DNA of 64,000 nucleotides from Oikopleura dioica (lineage: Eukaryota > Animalia > Chordata): the NCBI GenBank assembly GCA_907165135.1, contig OU015566.1, positions 3,100,001-3,164,000 of the forward strand, read 5' to 3'. The translations under genes were made by a program, and so were the position numbers. The first letter of the stretch is position 1; every line of letters begins with the position of its first letter. Positions 52,076 through 64,000 of the stretch are shown here, one piece after another. The notes beneath the pieces are model-generated. The model was not told the origin of the DNA and made no database searches. It worked only from the letters and a program-made list of their open reading frames with translations.

Positions 52076-54600
52076 TCTTTTTCTCTTGGTCTTTTGGTTC
52101 GAAAAAAATCGAGTAAGTGAGATAGTGACAGTAAATAGGAGTCACATGGCCTCCAGCGAGCGCGGCGTCCCAGGAGATGGAGGATGGCGCCAAATTATGT
52201 CGCGCAAGAGGGAGGAAATTAGGGGGCCAAGGATGCAAATTGGGAGCAGGATAATAAGCCGGCAGGAGCTTTTATGGTCGAAAAAAGGGAGAATCACTTG
52301 ATTGAAGATTGAACATCATGTCTTATCTTGTTTATATGGATAATATTTATCTGCGGATATTATTTTGGACGCAGCAGGAAACGGGGACATGAAAATGAAC
52401 CAATTTTAAGGAGCTTGATTTTGCACCGTTTTTATTAAGGGTATCAATGCGTTTTTCCTCATGAAATAACCTGTGAATTCAATAATTACATAATCGCGTC
52501 TATATATTCTGCAGATGACAGTCGCGCTCCTAATTTATATTCTGGGGACTTAATTTGGCAGGTCGGATCTTGCCTGACAGAATCCAATTAAGAAGGGCAG
52601 AATGGGAGATACGAAGGAATTAAGGATATCTCTCTTTAAAATTATCGCTGATTAAGGGTTTCAACATCGATTTTGGCAGTCATACCCTTAATTTAATTCA
52701 TGCTTTTCTTTTACTAAGAAATTTATAAAATTATTAAGAATAATTAATAATTTAATTTATTTAATGAAAATCCGAAAAAAAATTTATTTAGCGTCTAGAC
52801 GCCCTTATTTTTGGCTTCAAAATGCATGCTGAAAAGCTGAATAATATAAAGATCTTGTGAAACGAATTTTACAAGTATGAGCATATTTCACCGTGAAAAT
52901 GAGCTTCCGGCTAAGGACAAATTGCGCAGAAGGGCGCAAAATTCAGATCGATTTTTCAAAATCAGCAAAACACATGTTGGATTTACAACACTTTCCGCAG
53001 GCAATATGGCGAAGGAGATAGATAGTAGCGCGAAATCGAGCGGGCTTCATTGTCTGCGAAACTCGCTCCGGGGCGAGTTAATTGATCATTGAGGGATCAT
53101 TAAGCGGATAGGAGATACATAATTTGGCAAGCGAACACACAAAAGTCGACAGGCGAAAAGAAGGTTTATGCCGCCGCCGAGATATTCTTATGCTTTATTA
53201 TAAAGGTCATATAATAGGCTTTCTCCGAAATAATAAGTTTTTAAAAAATGAAAAAATAAAAATCATAAATCCAAAAAATCAATTTATTTCTTATTTTGTA
53301 GAACTCAAAAATCACTAAAAATTAAAAATTTAACAATTAATTTGAAGCAAGAAAAAAAATATTAAAAATAATATTTTTCAGAAGTGAAAATTTTGATCGG
53401 GTTAATTCTATTCCGAAACTTTCAGTTGACCAAATTTAAGGGTATCCCCTTAAAAATCAAATTTTAAGCCGACATGACAGAAGTTTAAAAGCATCCTAAA
53501 AGATATCTGATGTGGATTTTGTGACAACAACGAAGGGAGTAACGCTTTCATGCGCCGCCCCGGGGGAACCTGTCGATTTCGATTTTCTGTCAGAAGATCA
53601 AAATCATTGAGATACAGTGGGACACTACAAAGCGGCGATGAAAATTTTAGGCACAAAACGGGAACTTTCAACAGGTGACTATCAAAAGTCAATATTCTTC
53701 ATTCGTCATTTTCTTATTATTTTCGCGAACGTGAGTTTTTTCCCCAGCTGGAATGAGCTTTATCAAAAGTCCCTTACATAATCTTTCTCATTTCTTAACT
53801 CATCAAGTTCCAAAAAAGTCATGTCCCGGGCCTTATCAACAACAACGATGGTCATATAAAAATATCACCGATGCCAAGGGTCTTCACATTCTTTTTTCGA
53901 TAAAGAAAAAGAAGAGAAAAATATTCGAAGGATGAAAGGGTTTTCGTTCGCTGTTTTTCTGACAAGTGCTTTTGCTGGAAAAATCGTGAAGTGCAACAAT
54001 GTCATAATCGTAAGTCCAGTTTTCAAAAAAGAGTGAGTCATTTTTTTCAGTTTTTGGAAGAAAATGGAATCAGAGCCGAGAATCGGGTTCATCGACGAAT
54101 TTCTCTTTTCAAATCACAGCTTTTTCCTCTTGTCAAAGATCGGGCTTCAAGCTGCAGTCCGGAGTTACAGAGTCGGATGGATGAAATGGAGGAAGCAGAA
54201 GAACTTGATGATGTCGGGCACAGAATGACATTCGAAACCGTTGGCAACAAGGTAACACTAGAATGTGGATGCTCGGGGCTGAATTTTTAGATTTCCTTGT
54301 GCGCCGATTTGTGGGATGAGTACATTCAGCGAAAACTGCCATTTGACGTGTGCCCAAAAGCGAATAACAAAGCGAATCGAAAACTTCGCCGATTCACGAG
54401 CCAACTGCTCCGAGGTTCTCACAAAGCGCATGTGAGAACTGTTCTGGAAAGTTGAATTTTTTTGACTTGAATTTCTGTAAATAAAGAAAGAAAAAAAATG
54501 GTTTAAAAAACTAAACAATTTATTGTATTAAATAAATAGAAATGCTGATTTCAGAAAGTCATTTTTTTACGAAAATAAAAGAGAAAAATGGTTTATTTTT

Positions 54601-57600
54601 TTATCGAATTCGTCGAGTTGGAGATCGACCTCGACGAGTTGGGGATGGCGAAGTTGAACGACGGGTTGTATGGAGGAGCTAGAAAGAGTATTTTTGGGAA
54701 GGCTGGAGGGATCTTACCGCTCCTCGTTTTGTATGTGCTTCTCCCTTGGCAACGCAGTCCTTTCCGTCCATCAGGGCGGGCCAGGTGTAGAAGGCAACAA
54801 GAGGGGCGGTGTATTCGGAATCGTAGGTTCGTCGGTATCTGGGAAAGATGATATGAATTGAATTATTGGTTTGAAAATAAAGATTCTTATTTTATCCACC
54901 AATAAGATCATCAAGATGGCGCTCCTGGCACAACAGCGCCACCAAGAGAATGGTTTTCTTACTTTTTCTCGTCATAAAGTTCTCCTTCCGAAGCATGAGC
55001 AATATCGATTCGGGGATTTACTGCCTGCATTTCGAAAGCTAGAAATAATCATATTCATCCTTGCGAAAAGTTTTTTTAATACCGATTTGGCAAGCTTCTC
55101 GAATATAATTGTTGATCAACATAAAGTCGCACTCTGCTGGGTGAGAAATGACGGCATTATTGTCCATTTGTCGAACAACATCTCGGACGCAAGATTCGAT
55201 ATCGAAAAGATCCATGTTTCGGACGACGTAGTCTTCAACGGCTTCAGAAAGGAGTTCTAGGGATGGTGGATTAGTGATTGGTCAAGAAATAAGGGGGTTA
55301 CCTGGGCCAGTGTGAAGCGGGGCAAGAGTTTTGGATGCTCGGTCTTTGAAAGATCTAAAAGCAAAAAGGGTTGAAAAAGAGGATGAAAGAATGCGAACCT
55401 GTAGGCAATCTTGGCACTATGGAATGCCTCAACAGTTGCAATGTAAACGATTCGTCGGCACATTTCTTCTTCGTCCACAAATCGTCGAAGAACATCCAGG
55501 GCGTTGAGTCGAGAGGAAGAGAAGAGACTGCTGTATCGGGAGATAAGTCGATTGGCGCGAATGTCATTCGTCAGGGCGGCCCGGGTTGGAGAAGGGGATC
55601 GGTAAGTCACTGAAGAAAAATCGGTAAATTTTAAGAGAAAATGGAGTTTTACCGATGTGGCGGACGGGCGAGGTAGATCGAAGGTAGGAACGAGTCAATG
55701 GGTAGGGATATTCCAAGTCCGAAATTCGAGTCAAGAGCTCTCGCTTTTCAAATGATAAGAGACGGATGTCAGATCGGAGTCGAGCGACTTGGGATTCGTA
55801 GTCACCAACAAGATCAAGTCGAGAGTTGGTAGCAGACAGCTCGAGCTTGGCATCAGCATTTCTAGAGATATTGATATGAAATGTCTTGACAAAAATTCGA
55901 GCAAAGCTTACTTTTTTCTGAGCTCCAAAATCTCCTCTTCGCTTGCTTTGAGAGTTCCAGCAGATTCCAACTTGTGAGCTTCTAGTTCCGAAGTCAGCTG
56001 GCTGACCTTCTCCTGTTCCTCGGCAAGTTGAGCCTTGAGCGTGTTGATCTGAAGCTCGAGCTGCTTCTGAATTTGAGCAGAATTTCTCATCGCTTCTTCG
56101 AGTTCCTTCTGCTTCTCGACTTTTTCCTTCAAAAGCACAAGTGAAGTGTCGTTTGAAACTTGCCCCTTTGGCGCTGAAGAATAGAAATGTTAGAGTTCTG
56201 ATGAGCGTCTTTTATGGTATTTGAACTTATGAGTCCAAGTTAAATATTTGAAAAGAGTCGACTTTTAAATGAGAGATAAGCTGCGCATTTGACGTTATTA
56301 GCAGCGATTGAATAAAGCACTTGTTTTTTGAAGACCATTCATCAATTTTCTCTGACGGAAATCTGTGAATCAAAATCATGGGAGGATGGCATTTACAATA
56401 AGAATTTGACACGACATTTGTCACTTTATTTAAAAATTTAAATTAAATTAAATGCTGTTTTTATCCCAAAATTAAGGGTATGCAACCCATATTTTATAAC
56501 TCTAAAGATAAAAATTTCTTATTTATCAAATGAAATAAGGGTGTCACTCCCTTAATTCCAAAAAAAAACTATTTGTTAATTACCGTAATTCTCGTTGCTA
56601 ACCGAGTAAAAGATACAATAAGGGTGTCTCTATCTTAAGGGCGAGATTTTGATTGGTGGTTAATGATGTCTGTTCCCATATTTTTTCTCTTACTTCTGAG
56701 TTTGTCCGCTTTTCTCGAGTAAACCGGCTCGCCGAGTCTGCCGTCTTTGACAGTAAATGTACAATTCGAGCGAAAATGCTCCATTCTCTTCCTATCCGAT
56801 CAATATTCTATTTTCTCCCTTTCAAAAATCTACGAGATTATCCTCGTCTTTTCTCGCCCGAAATAGCTAGATCTTGGCCTTGCTGGAGAACATAGAAAGA
56901 GCAAGAAACAAAGGCCCTCCCCTCAACAATATAAAAACGCAATTTATGGGAATGTTAAGACTCAGCGAAATCGACTCACAATGGGACTTTCTCAGCTGGG
57001 GGAACACTGTTGAGTAGGTAAAGAAAAAGAGAGTTAAAAAACCTGCTTTGATCTTAAAACATTCTGGGAACGACAAAAAATTTTGACAAATTTTGCGTGG
57101 AAATTTTCGACCAATCAGAAGCCCGGATTCGGCTGAAGGACCTATAAGAAGCCGAGAAGCCGCCAACGAAAAATTTGTCGAAATTTTTTTTGTCGATTCT
57201 TGACGCCCGCTTACTCTGACGAAAATATAGAATATAATTTATTTCGGGTTGGCTTCTGGAACCGACAAAAAAATTTCGACAAATTTTGCGTGGGCGGCTA
57301 CTCGATTGCTGATTGGCCGGTGAGCCAAATCCTGGCTTCTGATTGGTTGAAAATTTCCACGCGAATTTTGTCGAAATTTTTGTCGGTTCCAGACATCTCC
57401 CCTTTTTTTCTAGTTATTTATTCTTGAGTCTTACAAACACGATTGAAGTCAACTTTCTCTTTCTTGATTCCCGCCTTCTGAAAAAACCTCTTCAGAAAGC
57501 TCTTAAGAGCGCTAACTTAACTCCCCACTTCAAAAATTTTACCTCAATTGTTATCTGAAAACCCACCTTATCGATATTTGTCAGAATGGAGGAATAATCT

Positions 57601-58318
57601 CTCTAACGGTCTCTTTACCTTGACTTTTTTCAGTATAATGAGATGGCAGAGCAAAGTTTAACTCTCTTTGAATGGAAGGCGAAAGAATCTGATTACCTAG
57701 GAAACCATTACTGATCCACGGAAGGACGCGTGTTTGAAAAACATCAGAATCCGATGCCTGTGACAGAGTGGAGACCGCGCTTTCAAGAGCTTTCGAAAAT
57801 ATTAACAAAAAAACTTCGGAAAAAATTTTTCAGAACAAAAAATAAAAAGACCATAAATTTTCTCAAAAAAGTAAAAGACTTGGTTTTTTCCTCAAAAGGA
57901 AAAGACGAGAGGCCTAATTCACAATAATTAAAAATGAAAGCATAACGAAAACTTATGGCAGGGGCAAAAATCTCATCAAGAGAAAGCTCTTTCCTGAAAA
58001 GCTCATGCTGAACTTTGGCAGTCAATTCCAATACTTCGATTACTTTTTCAATTTGCTCTTTGGAGACCTCCTCTTCTCCCGACTCTTTAATGGCTCCATC
58101 CAGTCTCTGAATTTTTCATCGTGAGTTTCAACAAGATCAAATATCATAAAACAGCTCAAATTTTTTTTCATCTCAAAAAAAAAAATTATTTTTTTGAATC
58201 TTCAATTTCAAAAATTTTTTTAAGAATATTCTCTTATTAAATATTTTAACAAAAATCAATTAACCTCTTGAAGCTGGGTAAAGACAGCGCTCTGGCTTAA
58301 ATTTTCCAAGCTCTCCAT
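54601..58318 (-). CDS. SPATA18: Mitochondria-eating protein (MIEAP)
   Basis: N-terminal MESLENLS...[21 protein letters not shown]; coiled coil; C-terminal [46 protein letters not shown] and [23 protein letters not shown]...KGEA.TKRGA; RSPSP tail. Confidence 0.9.
57063..57393. mobile_element. Palindromic MITE-like element in a SPATA18 intron
   Basis: ~60-bp inverted ends TCTGG(G)AAC(C)GACAAAAA...CCAATCAGAAGCC, with an internal direct copy of the left end near 57255. Confidence 0.65.
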
Positions 58319-59246
58319 TTTTAGCGATTCTCTTCGTTGATTTCAAAAAGAGAAAAAGGGTCTCTGGAATTCGAAAAGTCGTCTTCGCGGTGGGTCGTAG
58401 TTAAGTCGAAAGCGGCGATTTTTCTGTCGTTCAAATATTTGACGATCCTGCGCGGCGCAGCACAATGCCTGAATCGACTCACAATTATTGCTGCTTGTAT
58501 TTGAAAAAGAAGTTCTGCCAATGAGCAAATAAAGATAGAATTGTGCCCGTGATGATAGTGTCCAAGGAACACTGTTTTCAATCACCAATAAGACTGTTTG
58601 ACATCAAGGAAGACCTGATTATTCAAGTCGATATCTAAGTTCACAAAAATACCAAAGTGATACCCTTATTTTTCATGAAAAAGCCCCCTTTACCTTTTTT
58701 GAAGAAAGAAGTAAACTCTGAAGGTGCTGTATCTGAAGTGTGAGGCTTTCTGAATCTCTGAACTGGTTTTTTTTTGAAGAGAGGCTAATCCCGTCGCAGA
58801 GGCTGTTATTGTGACGACAATGGGCGAGAATGGAATGGCCCAGAGACTATATTGTTTCGATTCTTGTTTTCACTGTTTTGGCAGTTTTTTGTTGCTCGCT
58901 TGAAGACTGTCAGTCAATGTCAAGCACATGAATCGGCTCTTTTCTCACTTCGTTCTGTAGATAAAATTTCAGACCGATTCAGGCACCATAACTCCTTATT
59001 TCTGAAATCAAGTTTAGTTTTTCTGATGGTTAATTATCTAGTTTTGTCTTTTTATCCTAGGCGATAATTATTCTCATTCTTTGAACCCTGGTTTGTCATA
59101 ACTGGGGATCGTTTTCATCAAAAAAATCATTCAAATGAATTATTGTATTGCGAAAACGTCACTAGGCGGGGTAAAATTTGCAAAAGGAGCGTTACCTTTT
59201 AAATAGGGAACAATTCAACCATCATTGTGATTGATAATAAAATTTC

Positions 59247-59811
59247 ATGAAAGCATTGACGCTATTTCCAATAATTATTTCTGCCTGGAATCTTCCGCCA
59301 GGATGGGTCGAGAGAAAAAATGAATTCATGAGAAGAGTCAATGGAGAGGATCCAATGGGTAGGGTTTGGGGTAAATCTGAAAGTTATGTTTTTCAAAGGG
59401 TGGTGGATGAAGCCTGCTTCCTTTCCTCTTCAGGAAGATAAGCACGCGGAATTGAAGCAAGAAGCGGGAAAAAGGCTGGAAATTTATGATGCGATAGATT
59501 TTATCAAAGATACTGAAATCGTCAAGGTAGCTTTTTGAGAAGAAGAAAAATCACCAAAAATTCAGGAGCTGGATGAAACATATCCAATTGGGCCAATCGT
59601 TGACATCATCGACGACGCAGTTGTCTTCCCAAGAGAAGAAAACGAAGAAAGGTCAGCGTTTTCTTTTATTTTTTTTCATTTTTTTTTCTAGCTCTGCGAT
59701 CCTCCCAACAACTGGTTTCCTGCATATAATGACTCTGGCTCTCATAGTTCTTTTGAAATAAATTTTATTTGTTATCTTATGAAAAGAACGGTTTATCGAG
59801 TTTTCCTCTAA
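59247..59811 (+). CDS. Small secreted protein of unknown function (4 exons)
   Basis: Signal-like start MKALTLFPIIISA; short GT-AG introns join the frames to TAA at 59809-59811. Confidence 0.4.
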
Positions 59812-60590
59812 GTTTGTCCAGGCCTTCCAAATCAGCTTGGTCAGTCAGAGCTACAGGCATGATAAAGTCAAAAGAAGGTGGAATATTTTCAGGAACAGTA
59901 TCGGAAAATAACAGCAGCAGTGACTTGTATTCTTTTATTTCTTGAGCCGGTGGAATTTGTTCTAGAGATGTTCGATTTGAATTGATGCAGGAAGATTCGA
60001 CAAGATCAGAGGCCAGGAAAATATCCGCTCGGGAGGAGAGGGTGATTTTTGAAGATTGCTGACGGTTTAAAATAGTCAGGAGATCGGGATAAAATGTCGA
60101 TCTTTCGCCGAGTTTGAGGATCGAAAATACGTTTTCGGCGAATTCGCTTATTTTTGGACAAAGATCCTTGTCTTATGAAAAAGTTTTACTACAAGAAAGC
60201 ATTGAATCTCACCTGGAGAATATATTGAAACAAAAATCGACATCGGACTTTTCTCATTTTCCCCAATCAGATTGTTCAAAAACGGCACTTCACAAGAGCA
60301 CTTCTCACAAAAACACTGACAGCTTATATTCCTCACTCTCAATTTCTTCGCTTGAGCGAAAAGGATCAAAATAAAAATCAATTTTGTCATCATTTTTCTC
60401 TCAAAATAACAAATCGACCAAATGACTTATTTTATTGCCATGAATCAAATATGAAAATTATTTTTTATTGCTTCACAGAATCAACCCGATTTGAGTTTTT
60501 CTGCAACAGAACTGTCAAAAAAGCTAAGAAAAGTGTCGGTTGAAAGTTGAGAATTGCTCGTCGAAGATTTGAGCTGAACTTGCGGCGGCT

Positions 60591-61867
60591 CTACAAATTC
60601 GGCAGAGAATGGCAAGGTCGGGTGGTGGAAGTTTTCAGCGTGTCTCTGAATCGATTTTTGAGCTGACGAAAAGACGGAAACCAAACCTGGCAAGAAATCT
60701 GCAAATAATTTAAATTAAACAAATTTCTTTGATAATCCCTCGTGTTTAGAATTTCTTTGCCAAAAGGATCGGAGCACCAGCAAATCGTTCTTTTTCGATT
60801 GCATTGGAAAGCTTGGAAATATCCCTTGTCATCGCAGCTTGGAACGTCTTTCATTTCTCGATGAAAAAGGCTAAGGATGGGTCCGCCGCCAATTTGGGTC
60901 AATTGCTCGTTGAATTGGGTGTATATTTGGGCGAGTTCTGAGCAAGGCCCTCGGATTTGGCCCGGGCTAAAGAAGATTTTTACTCAGCACAAAATCAGGG
61001 TCCTAAAAGAGCTCAAATGAAAAGCCGGGAAGCGGCTTTTAAAGAATCGAAGCCGCAAGGCGGCTTCGCCGGAGGTTAACTTGATTTTAGTTGAAATATT
61101 TTTGAAGCCGCTTTGCGGCTTCGCTTCTAAAAACCCACTGCGCGACTTTTCATTTAAGGTCTTCTATAGACTATAGCCTTAGTCAGGCTTACCTCTGGTT
61201 TTCTTCAGCCCATTCTTTTGCCCGCAGATTCTCCGGAATAGCCATTCTTGCTGCTTGATTATTCCTCAAAATCTCATCGCAATCCGGTCTCTCTTCATTG
61301 TACACAGTCCTCTCCGTATGAGGAATTTTAAACATTCCAATATAGCAAGTACAGACTCTCATCATTCTCTGATGCGCAGCTCCTTGTCCCTTCAACGCGA
61401 CTGGAATTGGATAGAGTGAGGCTAAAGGACCTGGCATTGATCTCCCTCGATTTGTGATGAAAGCGGGGGAGGAACAACTGTGGTAGAATTTTGAGTCGGA
61501 GAAAATAACTGGAAAAGAAAAAAGGGAAAACTTCATTTTGTCGTGGCTCTTGCTCTCAAAATGGATGTTTTTAAATTTGATGCATTTTTGCTTTACTGAT
61601 CTATTTATGCGCTGAGAAACCGCCTCGAGGGATGAAAATTCTGAGGAAAGAAGCATGTTGCAAAAATCTTTACCTGCGATCACGAGACCTTCGGAGGGAT
61701 TTAGGGATTATGCGCGTTCTAGAAAAATCTTTATTTTTTGAAATTCTTGTACAAATCAATTCAGTGGTAAAACTTAGACATATCCATATTGTTTCTTGAG
61801 ATTTCCAACAGATTTTCCTGTCTTTGCTTCGATTTCTCCTTCCATAGCGCTCAATTTGCTCGTCCAC
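60591..61867 (-). CDS. Thyroglobulin type-1 repeat protein
   Basis: PSCDDKGYFQAFQCNRKRTICWCSDPFGKEILNTR matches the Tg1 QC...CWCV signature; an upstream Cys-containing exon may be a second diverged repeat. Confidence 0.75.
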
Positions 61868-62104
61868 TTAATAAAATATATTTATTTAAGAAAGTTTTTA
61901 GAACTTATTAAAACTTTTTAAAATTTAATAAAATATTTAATAAATTTTTGCTAAAAGAAAGCTCTTTTTTTCTAGAAATTGTCCCTTTATCAGTTTTGAA
62001 ACCATAAAAGAATAGTTTGAAATTATAATAAATATTTATTGTTAGGTATTTTCGTCGGTAATAAACATTAACAGTCACATATCACTTGTGAATCCTGATG
62101 GTGT

Positions 62105-62708
62105 GACGTGCTTTTTTTAAGGTTATGCAATTTATTTCTCTGATTTTATCCATTATCGACCCAGAACACTATATATATTTAGAATCAGTGAAAAAAATCT
62201 AGAAACTTGACCGTTTTAGTTTTTCGAAATTCACTTCCGGTTACGATTCTAGAGCCGGAAGTAGGCGAAATTTTGGAGTCATGGTAAAGTGTGACCTATC
62301 AAATTGATGCGCAGAAGATTCTCAGTCATCTCATCATCGATATACTTGAAGAAACAGTCCCAAACGCGCTTAAACTGACCGGTAAAACTTTGAAAAAAGC
62401 ATGAGTTAATGAGAAATTTTTCAATTTTTACCGGTCGTTTACCGGCGGTTTTTGACCGCGGTAAGACTCGGTTCCGATAAATAATGACTAGATTCGTTGT
62501 GAGCTTCAATTTGATAGGTCCTATGCACGCTTTTCTTATAAATTTCGTGAACTTCCGGCTCTAGAATCGTAACCGGAAGTGAATTTCGAAAAACTAAAAC
62601 GGTCAAGTTTCTAGATTTTTTTCACTGATTTCAAATATGTATGGTGTTCTGGGTATTAAAATGAGGAAGTAGGTGAAATAAATTGCACAACCTTAAAAAA
62701 AGCACGTC
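62105..62708. mobile_element. 604-bp palindromic MITE
   Basis: GACGTGCTTTTTTTAAGG...CCTTAAAAAAAGCACGTC with ~200-bp matching arms; TGT on both flanks (possible 3-bp TSD). Confidence 0.85.
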
Positions 62709-63520
62709 TGTGCATTTAAGGCTATGATTTTTATATTGAAAAAATTAAGTTAAAAGACATATATTGAGCTCTGAGGAACAAACCTTTGATTCTTGAAGGT
62801 TTTCCTTCGCATAAGCTTCAGCTGCTTTAAGGGTGTCGCTGTGCAATAAATCATACAATCTATCGTCCACCTTTCGCAAGCCAGTTTTCAAATCATCAAT
62901 TGCAAGATCATCGCGCAGAATATTCTAGAACAGTTCATTCATCCAACTCCCACAGAAAAAAACACACTTGCCTTAGAAACAAGTTCGGCAGATCTGTAGG
63001 ACATGTTAGCGATTCGGCAGACGTTTGAGGAGCGTTTCATCATGTTCATGTCCAACTCTACTTGACGGTCTTTTTTGGGTCGAAAAAGACAATTTTCTTC
63101 AAAAAAATTATAAAAAAAGATTCCAATTTTTTCTTCAATAAAAGCGTTTTTTTCGACCCTTTTCCCATTCGAGCCCGGATCAAATCCGGCAAAGTCAAAT
63201 CTTTCTGAACTCCCATGATGTTTTTTTACTCTCTGTAACTATCGTTCAATCGTTAAACTTTGTATGAAGCTCAGAAGGGGTGGGAAAAGGTGAGAATACT
63301 GTCTCGTAAATTTTAAGCCATCAGAAAAAGCGTTTATCATCGCTCATAAAATATGCTGAACTCAAGTTCTCGATTTCACGCTGACTAATCAAAATATTTT
63401 TCATCCCTTTTTCCTCCTGATCAAAAACTATCGGCAAAGTATTGAGATATTGGTCGCAGCGATTTATTTGACAATTGAATTTTATTGACTAAAAAGGGAA
63501 CAGTAGAAGAATTCGAATTT

Positions 63521-64000
63521 TCATGAGCATTCGATTGCGCTGAAGTGAGCATTCCAATATTTTTCGGATGCTCGCGGGGCAAGATGAACTGCATCCTTGT
63601 TGAAGTCTCGCTTTGTCAGGATTGGAGCGGCGGGCGAACAAGGGTACTCTTCCAGAACTTCCAACAGCTCTTCGTACACTTCCAGCGAGACTTGTTCCTC
63701 TTCGCCGTGGAACGACCATCGCGGCACTTTGATCGGCTTGACGAAGTGGAGACTCTTCAGTTTCGGCATGCAGTAGTTGATGTCCCTGTGCAGAGAATGC
63801 ATTAGTTTGCCGACATCTTGATTTTCGAAAGCAGCTTGTGACGCTTTGAGAGCATTATTGAGGCCGATCCCGATTACGAGTCGGCCGGTGAATTTCTTCA
63901 TGCAGTTGCTCTCACAGCACGGACAGATGGTCGACAGAGGCATCATCTTCTTCTTGTCGCCGTTTTGAAACTTATCTCTGTTCGATTTCGTCGAGAAAGG
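63521..64000 (-). CDS. SGNH/GDSL hydrolase-like ORF, 5' part off-window
   Basis: LVIGIGLNN (block III GxND-like) and DFNKDAVHL (block V DxxH); block I serine not within the window. Confidence 0.55.
   Translation of the reverse strand, partial: PFSTKSNRDKFQNGDKKKMMPLSTICPCCESNCMKKFTGRLVIGIGLNNALKASQAAFENQDVGKLMHSLHRDINYCMPKLKSLHFVKPIKVPRWSFHGEEEQVSLEVYEELLEVLEEYPCSPAAPILTKRDFNKDAVHLAPRASEKYWNAHFSAIECS

Noticed and set aside
58321-58581. VFLGHYH metallophosphoesterase-like motif
   Set aside because: In-frame stop immediately upstream and no other motifs; appears to be UTR or intergenic sequence before SPATA18.
1-64000. tRNA, rRNA, snRNA or spliced-leader RNA genes
   Set aside because: None recognised by eye; a covariance-model scan is needed to exclude them.

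Overview
Compact, intron-rich eukaryotic DNA. Introns of about 30-60 bp and several GA-AG introns suggest the larvacean tunicate Oikopleura (inference). Recognisable genes: an M14 carboxypeptidase (runs off the left edge), an ACOT/BAAT-family thioesterase, a SUEL-lectin protein, a complete laminin gamma chain (13362-24985), a RING-finger protein, a PPP1R3 glycogen-targeting subunit, SPATA18/MIEAP, a thyroglobulin type-1 protein and an SGNH-hydrolase-like ORF (runs off the right edge). The window is rich in palindromic non-autonomous transposons and carries a young Penelope-like retroelement with three hammerhead ribozymes. Top leads: (1) a tandem pair of stand-alone, intron-containing Penelope-type GIY-YIG nuclease genes with no reverse transcriptase, one intact and one altered in the YIG motif, just downstream of a 122-bp repeat array; (2) a 2.8-kb Mutator-like foldback element with three nested MITEs inside a coding exon, positioned so that it could be spliced out in frame as a GA-AG intron; (3) a 4.7-kb palindrome inside a ~50-bp laminin intron; (4) a recurrent ACCCTTAA motif just after intron donors. 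All annotation was done by eye; no searches were run.
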